Shown here piece by piece: positions 8,655-20,393 of a stretch of 22,227 bases of DNA. The notes under the pieces are model-generated. The model was not told the origin of the DNA. It saw only the letters and a list, made by a program, of their open reading frames with translations, and did not search any database. The position numbers and the translations under genes were made by a program. Origin of the DNA: an uncultured bacterium (GTDB lineage Bacteria > Abyssobacteria > SURF-5); contig CAZEBC010000012.1 of assembly GCA_964510165.1 (NCBI GenBank), positions 23,395 through 45,621 of the forward strand. The letters run 5' to 3'. Numbering within the stretch: position 1 is the stretch's first letter; each line of letters opens with the position of its first letter.

Positions 8655-9083
8655 ATGTCGGACGAACTGGACAAGGAACACGCGGAGGAGGGTGAACCCT
8701 TCTTCCCGAACCATGTGGTCCATCAGCTAATGATGATCTTCGTTCTGCTCGCGGTGCTCGTCGTGCTGGTGATGTTCTTTCCGGCGCCCATGGAGCCGCC
8801 GGCCGACCCCTTCGAGACGCCCGAGCATATCAAACCCGAATGGTATTTCCTCTCGGCCTACCAGGCGCTTAAGATAGCCGAGTACTTCTCGTTTCTCGGC
8901 GCCTGGGCGCCAAAGGTGCTCGGAATACTCGCGCAGATCGGAGGGATCGGCATTCTCATCTTGTTGCCGTTCCTGGACAAAAACCCGAAGCGCCATCCTC
9001 GCGAGAGGCCCGTCGTCATCGGCCTGGGAATACTGGCGCTCATCATGCTCGCCGTCCTCACCATCTGGGGGAAAATATCATGA
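8655..9083 (+). CDS. petD: Cytochrome b6 subunit IV (C-terminal half of the split cytochrome b)
   Basis: ATG at 8655 after GGAGGAG (the track ORF starting at 8073 is over-extended). PFFPNH, PADPFETPEHIKPEWYFL, LLPFLD; three hydrophobic helices; no fused heme c. Confidence 0.93.
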   Translation: MSDELDKEHAEEGEPFFPNHVVHQLMMIFVLLAVLVVLVMFFPAPMEPPADPFETPEHIKPEWYFLSAYQALKIAEYFSFLGAWAPKVLGILAQIGGIGILILLPFLDKNPKRHPRERPVVIGLGILALIMLAVLTIWGKIS

Positions 9084-10339
9084 TATCGGCGTGGAAGCGG
9101 CATCTCGTGCTCTTCATGGTCGCAGCCGGCTCGCTGACACTCGCCCAAACCGGCCTGGCTCAACAGGAGAGTTCCTGCGTCAATTGTCATCGCGAACTTC
9201 AAGACGAGAAACTGTCACCGCCCGTGGAGGATTGGCTCCGGAGCGTTCATAAGGGCGCCGGAGTTGGCTGCCACTCTTGCCACGGAGGCGACCCCAATGT
9301 TCCCGACATCATGGCCATGGCGACCGACGATTACATCGGTGTGCCGTCTGTGAAACAGGTCCCCGAACTGTGCGGCTCATGCCACTCCGACGCGGACAAG
9401 ATGCGCAAGTACAACCTGCGCGTTGACGAATATCAACTGTTCCGACGAAGCGGCCACGGACGCGCGCTCTACGAACGAGGCGACACCAAGGTCGCTACCT
9501 GCGTGAGCTGTCACGGCGCGCACAAGATACTCAAGAAAGAAGACGTCGAATCGCCGGTGCATTACACCAATATCGCGCGGACCTGCGGCGCATGTCACGC
9601 CGACCCTGCCTACATGGAAGGGTACGGATTGCCCACCAATCAGGTGGCCGAATACAGCGAGAGTTACCACGCGAAGATACTCCGGGGCGAGATAGAGGGC
9701 AAGAATCCGGCGCTTGCGCCCACCTGCGCGAGCTGCCACACCCACAGCCCGCTTCTGCCCGAAGCGGTCGAAGTCCCCGAAATCTGCGGCAGATGCCATA
9801 CCGTGACCGCGAGCTATTATAAAGACGGGCCTCATTACGAGTCATTGACCGAAGTGGGCGTGCCCCGATGTGTAGACTGTCACGGAAACCACTTGATCAA
9901 GTATCCGACCGCAGAGATGTTCTCAGGCGTAGAGGAGGGGCGCTGCGGGTCGTGTCACGACTCGGGTTCGGAAGCGTATCAACTGGGCCAGAAGGTACGC
10001 AGCCAATTGGAGATCGCGGCCGAAAAAGTGCAGATCATGGAACGAGAGCTCGCCGACATAGAGCATTCCGGTCGCAACTTGAGCGACCTGCAGACTCTCA
10101 CCGAGGAGGCTCAGACAAGCCTGACCGAGGTGCTTCCCATAACCCATACGCTTTCGCAGGAGCGGATCACGGAACGAACCAGCCTCGTCATCGAGAAAGC
10201 GGACGCGCTGCTGGCGACGGTGAACCAGTTCAAAGCCGAGCTCAGGGCGCGCAAGAGAAACATGGCGATCATCCTGGCTGTCATTCTGGTTAACATCGGC
10301 CTTCTGTACATGAAGCGTCGCTCGATGGAGAAGGGATAG
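9080..10339 (+). CDS. Nonaheme cytochrome c with a helical stalk and C-terminal membrane anchor
   Basis: Signal peptide. Nine CxxCH motifs: CVNCH, CHSCH, CGSCH, CVSCH, CGACH, CASCH, CGRCH, CVDCH, CGSCH. Then ~95 aa of charged helix and MAIILAVILVNIGLLYMKRR. ATGA overlap with subunit IV. Confidence 0.92.
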   Translation: MISAWKRHLVLFMVAAGSLTLAQTGLAQQESSCVNCHRELQDEKLSPPVEDWLRSVHKGAGVGCHSCHGGDPNVPDIMAMATDDYIGVPSVKQVPELCGSCHSDADKMRKYNLRVDEYQLFRRSGHGRALYERGDTKVATCVSCHGAHKILKKEDVESPVHYTNIARTCGACHADPAYMEGYGLPTNQVAEYSESYHAKILRGEIEGKNPALAPTCASCHTHSPLLPEAVEVPEICGRCHTVTASYYKDGPHYESLTEVGVPRCVDCHGNHLIKYPTAEMFSGVEEGRCGSCHDSGSEAYQLGQKVRSQLEIAAEKVQIMERELADIEHSGRNLSDLQTLTEEAQTSLTEVLPITHTLSQERITERTSLVIEKADALLATVNQFKAELRARKRNMAIILAVILVNIGLLYMKRRSMEKG

Positions 10340-10350
10340 CGTAATCAGAT

Positions 10351-10379
10351 TGGGGACACCATCCGACATGGTGTCCCCA
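10351..10379. terminator. Perfect 12-bp hairpin between convergent genes (probable bidirectional terminator)
   Basis: TGGGGACACCAT-ccgac-ATGGTGTCCCCA, between the cytochrome operon and the end of carB. U-tails are weak. Confidence 0.7.
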
Positions 10380-10401
10380 GTTCAATCTTCCAACTGTCAG
10401 C

Positions 10402-13602
<3,201 letters not shown>

Positions 13603-13670
13603 GTATCTCCTTTCCTGCTGTCTTGCTGGTTCGGATGGGGCTAAAATGATGGAGGCATTTTCAAGCTGAC

Positions 13671-13699
13671 ATATTAAAAGAGTGGCGACGATAAGTCAA
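13671..13699 (-). promoter_or_regulatory. Putative sigma70 promoter of carB
   Basis: Minus strand: TTGACT-N17-TAATAT, ~70 nt upstream of the start codon. Confidence 0.6.
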
Positions 13700-13764
13700 C
13701 CCGACAGCGGCTGATCGGCTGATTCCGAGACCTCCGCCTGCACCCAGTCACAACCTGCTTGGCC

Positions 13765-13793
13765 TTGCATCGCTCGAGGATAGGTGTTATATT
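13765..13793 (+). promoter_or_regulatory. Putative distal sigma70 promoter of the secretion/pilus operon
   Basis: TTGCAT-N17-TATATT with an extended TG. Confidence 0.45.
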
Positions 13794-13868
13794 AATTTTG
13801 TTTCCATAATAAGGCGTCTCAGGAAACATGGTAAATCGGAAGGCTCGAAAAAAGGTTATCTCAGTGTA

Positions 13869-13897
13869 TTGACTATCAGTTTGCGGTATGATATACT
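13869..13897 (+). promoter_or_regulatory. Putative proximal sigma70 promoter of the secretion/pilus operon
   Basis: TTGACT (13869-13874)-N17-TATACT (13892-13897) with an extended TG. Confidence 0.75.
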
Positions 13898-14049
13898 TCC
13901 GCCGCTAATAGCAATTGGCCACACTTATATGCGATCGGTCATGACCGTGTCCTTGCGCGACCAAGTCGTTATTGCATCCATCCAGAGCAGATTCCCGGCA
14001 TCCGGGAACACGAGACAGCGGCCCCTCTCTACCATTGGAGGAAACTCTG

Positions 14050-15045
14050 ATGAGCGTCGACTCCACTGAAATCACCGTTCTCAAGGATACCCTGCTGAGC
14101 CGCGAGGAGGAACTGAAGGCCTGCAAGAACACATTGTCCGACAGGGACAGGCAGCTCGCCGCCCTGAAGGAGGAACTCAGACAGACCCGTTCCAAACTTG
14201 AGGAAAAGATCGAACGCCTCCACACCCTGATCAGCGTCGGAAACAGCATGAATTCCACGCTCGAGCTGGACCCATTGCTGACCTACCTGATGACATGCGC
14301 AACGAAAGTCATGAAAGCCAAGGACAGCAGCTTGATGCTCGTGGACGAGCGCACAAATGAACTTGTGTTCAAGATTACCATGGGTGAGAAGGGCAGCCTC
14401 GTCCAGGAATTCCGTCTGAGGATGGGGCAGGGCATTGCGGGCCAGGTCGCCTTGACGGGCGAGCCCATTGTGGTCACCGACACCTCAAAGGACGCCCGAT
14501 TTGAGAGTTCCATCGACAAGGCGGTCGGCTTCGAAACGAAATCCATCATGTGCGTTCCAATCAAGTTGCGCGACAAGGTCATCGGCGTGATCGAAGTGCT
14601 TAACGCAGGCTATAGTGGACCGCTCTCCGAGGAGGACCTCGACATCTTTTCCGCCTTTGCGGGCGCCGCCGGCGTCGCGCTGCAAAACGCGCGTCTGTTC
14701 TCTGCCATTCAGCACTCGGTCGAGCATATCTGCACCATGCTCAACTCCGGAGCGCTCATGACCGATGAGAACGGCGAACTCGTGATGATAAACAGGATTG
14801 CCAGAGGACTTTTGGGCTTCGACGACACCGAGCCGGTCACCGTCCAGGATATAAGCGAACTCAAGGCGGACAAGAACATCGTTTCCCTCATCCAGAAAGT
14901 TTTCGAGCAATCGAAGTCAATGAAGGAAAAGATCGCGCTCACTACGGCAGCCGGCAAGAAGAAAGCCATAGAGGTTGAAGTAACCCCGGTGATCGACCCG
15001 CACGGCATGAAGATAGGGACCGTCGCCGTGCTCAACGCCAAATAA
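14050..15045 (+). CDS. Coiled-coil-GAF-PAS sensory protein with no catalytic output domain
   Basis: ATG at 14050 after GGAGG. N-terminal heptad coiled coil. GAF domain (SSLMLVD, GQGIAGQVA.TGEP, D.RF, TKSIMCVPI, VIGVIEVLN, ALQNARL). PAS-like domain (GALMTDENGELVMINRIARGLLG, EVEVTPVID..G..IGTVAVL), then a stop. Confidence 0.85.
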   Translation: MSVDSTEITVLKDTLLSREEELKACKNTLSDRDRQLAALKEELRQTRSKLEEKIERLHTLISVGNSMNSTLELDPLLTYLMTCATKVMKAKDSSLMLVDERTNELVFKITMGEKGSLVQEFRLRMGQGIAGQVALTGEPIVVTDTSKDARFESSIDKAVGFETKSIMCVPIKLRDKVIGVIEVLNAGYSGPLSEEDLDIFSAFAGAAGVALQNARLFSAIQHSVEHICTMLNSGALMTDENGELVMINRIARGLLGFDDTEPVTVQDISELKADKNIVSLIQKVFEQSKSMKEKIALTTAAGKKKAIEVEVTPVIDPHGMKIGTVAVLNAK

Positions 15046-15074
15046 CTTTCTCGGCATACTGCGGAGAGCAAGCC

Positions 15075-15683
15075 ATGTGCACCAGGAATCCTTCCCGTCG
15101 CGACACTCCATTTGTCCATTGGCTCGCAATGATGCGCCGCACGGACGGGCTGTCCATGATCGAACTGATCGTCGCCTTTGTCGTCCTGCAGGTCGCCATT
15201 GTCACGTTCGCTCAACTGTTCACGGCAGGGCTTGACTTTTCGCGCAACGTCCGCCGCATCGAGCTGGCTCAGTTGCTGGCTCACACCAAGATGGAAGACC
15301 TTCTGCGAACCATCCCGGCCGATTCCACCCTTCAGCCCGCGCCCGACGAGCCCGATGCCGTCGTGCTTGTCACTCCCCGGCCCGCTTCCTTCGAGGCAGC
15401 CGCCCATGTCCATTCCGAGGACCTCGAACGGTTCCGGTGGCTGGCTGAAACCCGCAGAGTGCCGGATACCGAAAACCTGGTCGGCGTCACACTCTATGTC
15501 TACACCATAGACACGTGGGAGAAGGGCGACAAACTGACCGGGGCGGAGGAAGATTTCTACATCTCCGATGACCGCGAACGATTCACATATACCTACACCC
15601 CCTCGGGCAGTAACACGGTCCAATTCATGAGAGGAAGAGAAAAGCTGAGGATCAGCAGCGCCGTCACGCTCCCAGTACACTAG
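15075..15683 (+). CDS. Prepilin-type minor pseudopilin (GspI/PilV-like)
   Basis: Class III signal RRTDG|LSMIELIVAFVVL with Glu at +5, then A..LA..KME.L. The start could instead be at 15129 or 15132. Confidence 0.75.
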   Translation: MCTRNPSRRDTPFVHWLAMMRRTDGLSMIELIVAFVVLQVAIVTFAQLFTAGLDFSRNVRRIELAQLLAHTKMEDLLRTIPADSTLQPAPDEPDAVVLVTPRPASFEAAAHVHSEDLERFRWLAETRRVPDTENLVGVTLYVYTIDTWEKGDKLTGAEEDFYISDDRERFTYTYTPSGSNTVQFMRGREKLRISSAVTLPVH

Positions 15684-15702
15684 CGGACGAAGGGGAACCG
15701 AT

Positions 15703-16359
15703 ATGAAAATGCGCCGACATTCTAGTGCCGGAATGACCATAGTCGAGACGGTCGTCGTGATCGCAATCCTCGGCATTTTCATGGCAATCGCGGTGCCGAG
15801 CGTCATGAAGGCATACCGCGCCATGAAGCAGGCCGAGCGGATTACGCTGCGCTATCCCAATGCATGGCATGCCCTAGACACAATCTCGACCACTCTTCGG
15901 CGAGCCTATCCGCAGCGCGTCGCGAATGTCGCCTTCGAGGGCCGCAACGATTCGTATGAGGCGGGCGGGATTAAGATTCCTTCCGACGCGCTCAGTTTTC
16001 CGGTGTTTGATACCGCCTACGCCGCCTTCGGGTCGGTCCAGAAGCTCTCCTACCGACTTGAGCGCCCGCAAGACGGCGGCGTTGGCGCCTTGGTCCAGAT
16101 TCGGTCCTCCATCGCGGGAGACGATGTGGAAGGCGGCGTCAGGGAAACCCTGATCGAGGGCATAATAGGTTTCGATATAAGTTATCTGGACGGATCAGTC
16201 GAGCCGGAGCAATGGGTAACCCAATGGCCGCCGGTGTCGGAACCGGCGACCTCGCAACCGGACCGTCCGAAAGCCGTTAGAATGACCGTCTTGTTGCTGC
16301 AGGATTTGGCGCTCGCGCCAACCGCGTTTTCAACAGTCGTGAATGTGCCGACGAGCTAG
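15703..16359 (+). CDS. Prepilin-type minor pseudopilin (GspJ/PilW-like)
   Basis: AG|MTIVETVVVIAILGIF with Glu at +5. GspJ-like C-terminal pattern LIEGIIGFDISYLD...W...W...PKAVRMTV. Confidence 0.8.
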   Translation: MKMRRHSSAGMTIVETVVVIAILGIFMAIAVPSVMKAYRAMKQAERITLRYPNAWHALDTISTTLRRAYPQRVANVAFEGRNDSYEAGGIKIPSDALSFPVFDTAYAAFGSVQKLSYRLERPQDGGVGALVQIRSSIAGDDVEGGVRETLIEGIIGFDISYLDGSVEPEQWVTQWPPVSEPATSQPDRPKAVRMTVLLLQDLALAPTAFSTVVNVPTS

Positions 16360-16384
16360 TTCACGTTCGAAAGGAGGGACACCG

Positions 16385-17257
16385 GTGAGGGCCACAGGTC
16401 GAAGCGGAGTCGCCATCCTGGCGGCGTTGGGCGTTCTTGCGATCCTGGGAATCCTGGCAAGCGCCTTCCTGGCTTTCATGAAACTGGAGGCCGCCTTTGC
16501 CACGCGAGACGCTCAGCAACTCAAGGCCCATTACCTGGCCGTGGCCGGAGTTCAGAATGCGATCGCGCTTCTCGAAGCCGATGAGCCCAACATTGACGCA
16601 CATTCCGACCCTTGGTGGCTCGGCGAATCGCCCGAATTGCAACCTATGGGAGACGGCGGCTATACCCTCACCATCACTGACGAGTCGGCGCGACTGAACG
16701 TGCTGAATGCGCCTCCGCCGGCTCTCAGCGCCATTTTGGGCGGTGACAACGAGGCCGTCGCCTCGCTCGTGAATTTCCGGGCCTCCGCCACGCTGTTTTC
16801 CATCGAAGATTTCGTGGGGGCCAACCTGGGCGCCGAGGCCTATTCCAGGCTCATGGCGCTCGGCACTGTGCACGGAGACGGAAGGGTCAACATCAATACC
16901 GCTAACGCCGACGTGCTGGCAGCTCTTCCCGGAATGGATGCCGAGACCGCCCAACGCATAGTCGACTTCCGAAATGGGGCCGACGGGATTGAGGGAACCA
17001 CTGACGACTTTGTGTTCGCCGCGCCTTCTGACCTGGCAAAGACGCCGGGGCTCACTCCCATCCGGCTCGCTCCTGCGCTCGCAATGATGAAGGTGAGTTC
17101 AGACACCTTCCGCGTGCAGGCAGTCGGCTCCATCCATGCCGGAGCGGACCGACCGGGTCAGGGGGAACGAAGAGTAGTCAGCAACCAGAAGATCAGCGCT
17201 CTGCTTCGACGCGGCGATGATAACAAAGTAACGATACTGCTGTGGGAAGGCTCTTGA
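16385..17257 (+). CDS. gspK: GspK-like minor pseudopilin
   Basis: GTG at 16385 after AAGGAGG. SG|VAILAALGVLAIL (no Glu at +5, typical of GspK), AHYLAVAGV, ITDESARLNV, RVNINTA..VLAALPGM, SDTFRVQAVG. Confidence 0.85.
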   Translation: MRATGRSGVAILAALGVLAILGILASAFLAFMKLEAAFATRDAQQLKAHYLAVAGVQNAIALLEADEPNIDAHSDPWWLGESPELQPMGDGGYTLTITDESARLNVLNAPPPALSAILGGDNEAVASLVNFRASATLFSIEDFVGANLGAEAYSRLMALGTVHGDGRVNINTANADVLAALPGMDAETAQRIVDFRNGADGIEGTTDDFVFAAPSDLAKTPGLTPIRLAPALAMMKVSSDTFRVQAVGSIHAGADRPGQGERRVVSNQKISALLRRGDDNKVTILLWEGS

Positions 17258-17301
17258 TTGCAGTAAACCGCGGAAAACCATAGTGTCGGGAGCAAAAGAA
17301 T

Positions 17302-18612
17302 ATGAGCGATTCCGAAGAAAAGACCGTGGTCGTTGAAGAAAAAAGCGAGGATGTGCTCCAGAAAAAGCTCGAAAAAGAACTCCATCTCGAGCAAAAGGCG
17401 GCAGCCGCCGGAGAAGTCCTCAAGAAGAAACTGCTCGAGCGGATCGGAGGCTCTGTCGATAGTGTGCAGCCCGTGCTGCTCGTGTCGGCCGTTATCGAGC
17501 TTGCCGTAAACTCCAGAGGAACCGATATCCATTTTGACCCTGCCGAATCCGGCCTTGTCGCTCGCCTCCGCATCGACGGAATGCTGCATGACGTGCTCGC
17601 GATCCCAAAACGGCTGCAGCCAAACGTGGTCGCCCGCGTCAAGGTGCTCGCCGAAATGGACATCTCTGAAACACGCCGCCCGCAGGACGGTCATATTTCC
17701 ATGTCCATCGGAGAACGGCGCTTCGACCTCAGAGTCTCAGCACTCCCCACCTTCAGGGGCGAAAAGCTCACTCTCCGCGTGCTCGACTCTACCGGCGGAA
17801 TCCCAAAGCTGAGAGAGCTCGGAATGGAGTACAGCGACCGGATCGTGTACGAAGACATGATCACCAAGCCTCAGGGAATGACCCTTGTGACCGGGCCCAC
17901 GGGCTCGGGCAAGACCACCACGCTCTATGCCTCGCTCGAACGCATTAATCATCGTACCTACAACATCATCACGCTCGAAGACCCTGTCGAGTACCAGCTT
18001 AAGGGCATCAACCAGGTCCAGATAAACCCTGCGATCGAACTGACCTTCGCAAGCACATTGCGCGCGTCCCTCAGACAAGACCCTGACACGATTCTGGTCG
18101 GCGAGATACGAGACCTTGAAACCGCAGCTATCGCCATCAGGGCCGCCATGACCGGACACCGCGTCTTCAGCACCATCCACGCCAACACCGCGCCCGACGC
18201 AATCAATACCCTGATAAACATGAACGTGCGCCCATTCCTCATTTGCAGTTCCGTCCTTTGTATCCTCGCGCAACGATTGGTCAGAAGGCTGTGCTCCCAG
18301 TGCAAAGAAGCCTATGAACCCGAACCTGAACTGCTTGAGGAACTCGGCGTCAAGAATAAGGTCACCGTGTACCGAGCGACGGGATGCGACAGTTGCAACA
18401 ATACGGGATACCTCGGCCGGACCGCGGTGTATGAACTCCTTCGGAACACGCCGTCCCTCAAGCGCGCAATCCTCGCTGAGAAACCGCTCGACCACATCAT
18501 TAAGATCGCCCGTTCCGAGGGAATGAAAAGCCTCTTCGAGAGGGGTGTCAACAAGATCCTCGACGGAACAACGAGCGTGGAGGAGGTTATCAGGGTCCTC
18601 AAGATCGATTGA
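17302..18612 (+). CDS. gspE: GspE/PilB-family assembly ATPase 1 (lacks the usual N1 domain)
   Basis: TDIHFDP, RIDGML, RRPQDG, Walker A GPTGSGKTTT, TLEDPVE, LRQDPDTILVGEIRD, His box TGHRVFSTIH, AQRLVR, zinc motif CSQC...CDSC. Confidence 0.93.
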   Translation: MSDSEEKTVVVEEKSEDVLQKKLEKELHLEQKAAAAGEVLKKKLLERIGGSVDSVQPVLLVSAVIELAVNSRGTDIHFDPAESGLVARLRIDGMLHDVLAIPKRLQPNVVARVKVLAEMDISETRRPQDGHISMSIGERRFDLRVSALPTFRGEKLTLRVLDSTGGIPKLRELGMEYSDRIVYEDMITKPQGMTLVTGPTGSGKTTTLYASLERINHRTYNIITLEDPVEYQLKGINQVQINPAIELTFASTLRASLRQDPDTILVGEIRDLETAAIAIRAAMTGHRVFSTIHANTAPDAINTLINMNVRPFLICSSVLCILAQRLVRRLCSQCKEAYEPEPELLEELGVKNKVTVYRATGCDSCNNTGYLGRTAVYELLRNTPSLKRAILAEKPLDHIIKIARSEGMKSLFERGVNKILDGTTSVEEVIRVLKID

Positions 18613-18714
18613 GAGCCTGTGGGTGAGATGGGCGCGAGCTTACGGCGAAGACCTGTGAAATGAGGGCCCACTAGACGACCGGGGAAAAATTCGTCAAGAT
18701 ACAGAGAAGGTTGA

Positions 18715-20328
18715 TTGTCGTGCCGACTGTGTAGAACGACGGGTGTCCGCTCGCGCGCCGCTGAAGATAAGGGTGTTGAGTTGCTCAAGATACTGATACA
18801 AAAAGGGTTTTCGGGCTCCAAGGGAAAGGGCTTGGACCTGCCCGCAAACCACGAAATAGAATACGTGGATATCCGCACGGACACAATCGATACGACCGCG
18901 TTCGACCTCATCCCCGAACAGGTGGCGCGCGATTTTAACGTGTTCCCGTTGAGCCGCAATGGCGAAACGCTGCGTCTTGCCGTCGGCGAACCAGGCCAAA
19001 TCGCCCGCCTGGACAAGTTCCGGGTCATAAGCTCGATGAACATCGTGCCCGTCCTCATGCCGCCCGACTCCATCAAGGAACTCATCGAGCGGCACATGCC
19101 GCTGAAAGAGGAGAGCGCCGAGCAGAAGCCTGCCCAGACCATCGAGGACGAAATAAAGGAGATCGAGCGCCTTGTGGGGGGTCGAGTTCCGTCCGTTGAA
19201 ATGGTCAATGCAATCATCTCCGGCGCGGCCAACGCCCGGGCCACAGATGTTCATTTTGACCCGCAGGAAGACTCGTTTCGCGTTCGTTACCGCATCGACG
19301 GCGTCCTCTACGACATCATCAACCTGCCCCGCGCGCTCGAGCCGGGCATTATCAGCCGCATCAAGGTCCTATGCAACATGGATATCACGAATACCCGGAC
19401 GCCGCAGGACGGACATTTTACTATCAAACTCAAACGCGTACACGACCTTCGCGCCGCAACCGTCCCCACCTATTTCGGCGAGAAGGTGGTCCTCCGGTTC
19501 ATCGGTTCCGGAAACGTCATTAAGAGTCTGGAGGAATTGGGGATGGACCCCGCCGACCAGAAGGCTGTCGCCAGATTCACCTCGCGCAAGGGCGGCATGC
19601 TGCTGGTGACCGGCCCGATGGGGTCGGGCAAGACTACCACGCTCTACGCCGTATTGAATAACCTCAATGTGCTTACCGAGAACATCGTCACGATCGAAGA
19701 CCCAATTGAGTTTCAACTGGGAGGAGTCAACCAGATCCAAGTCAACGCTTCAGCCGACCTCACGTATACGCGCGTGCTCAGGGGCGCCCTGAGACTCGAC
19801 ATCGACACGTTGATGGTCGGAGAGATACGGGACGACGAATCCGCTCACATAGCAGTCCGCGCCGCTGTCACCGGCCATCGTGTGCTCAGCACCATGCACA
19901 CCAACAACGCACTCGAAACCATCACCGCCATGCGGCACATGGGCATAAAATCGTTTATGATCGCGAGCGCGCTCAATGTCGTCATCGCACAGCGCCTCGT
20001 ACGCATCAACTGCAGCCACTGCAAGAAGGAGTACGAGCCTCCGAGGGAGATGCTGGCCGAACTCGGGCTGAGCGAGGCCGCCGGCCCGTTCTATCATTCC
20101 GCTGGATGTCCCAGATGCAACTACACGGGCTTCTTCGGGCGGACGGGCATATTCGAGGTCCTCAAGGCCGACCCCCAGGTAAGAGCCGGCATCATGACGG
20201 GCGCACCCGTCGACGAAATCGCCAAGGAAGCGGAAAACAAAATGAAGTTCATCATAGAGAGGGGAGCGCAAAAGGTTGCCGCTGGAATCACCACGGCGGA
20301 AGAGGTTTTGCGAGCGATAGGAGCATGA
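18715..20328 (+). CDS. gspE: GspE/PilB-family assembly ATPase 2 (partial N1/T2SSE_N domain); start uncertain, possibly TTG at 18781
   Basis: N1-like LIPEQVARDFNVFPL..LRLAV, Walker A GPMGSGKTTT, TIEDPIE, LRLDIDTLMVGEIRD, TGHRVLSTMH, CSHC...CPRC. Confidence 0.92.
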   Translation: MSCRLCRTTGVRSRAAEDKGVELLKILIQKGFSGSKGKGLDLPANHEIEYVDIRTDTIDTTAFDLIPEQVARDFNVFPLSRNGETLRLAVGEPGQIARLDKFRVISSMNIVPVLMPPDSIKELIERHMPLKEESAEQKPAQTIEDEIKEIERLVGGRVPSVEMVNAIISGAANARATDVHFDPQEDSFRVRYRIDGVLYDIINLPRALEPGIISRIKVLCNMDITNTRTPQDGHFTIKLKRVHDLRAATVPTYFGEKVVLRFIGSGNVIKSLEELGMDPADQKAVARFTSRKGGMLLVTGPMGSGKTTTLYAVLNNLNVLTENIVTIEDPIEFQLGGVNQIQVNASADLTYTRVLRGALRLDIDTLMVGEIRDDESAHIAVRAAVTGHRVLSTMHTNNALETITAMRHMGIKSFMIASALNVVIAQRLVRINCSHCKKEYEPPREMLAELGLSEAAGPFYHSAGCPRCNYTGFFGRTGIFEVLKADPQVRAGIMTGAPVDEIAKEAENKMKFIIERGAQKVAAGITTAEEVLRAIGA

Positions 20329-20393
20329 GCGCGGGGGTTCCTGCCCGCGCAATGTCACGCGGCGGTCGCCAATGGTAGGGAGGAACGATACCA

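Noticed and set aside
13708-13723. Tandem CGGCTGAT x2
   Set aside because: Only two short units with no spacer structure; not a CRISPR array or a meaningful tandem repeat.
14709-15824. 371-aa minus-strand ORF spanning three genes
   Set aside because: Antisense to the GAF-PAS and pseudopilin genes, which have clear motifs and RBSs; it has no domain signal.
16880-17060. ComEA-like helix-hairpin-helix (INTA...LPGM) suggesting a DNA-uptake receptor
   Set aside because: This pattern is a normal part of the GspK helical domain, so it is not evidence for competence.
17302-18612. Short ATPase read as a PilT/PilU retraction motor
   Set aside because: It has the four-Cys zinc motif and the PilB/GspE C-terminus (G.TSVEEVIRV), and lacks the PilT AIRNLIRE motif.
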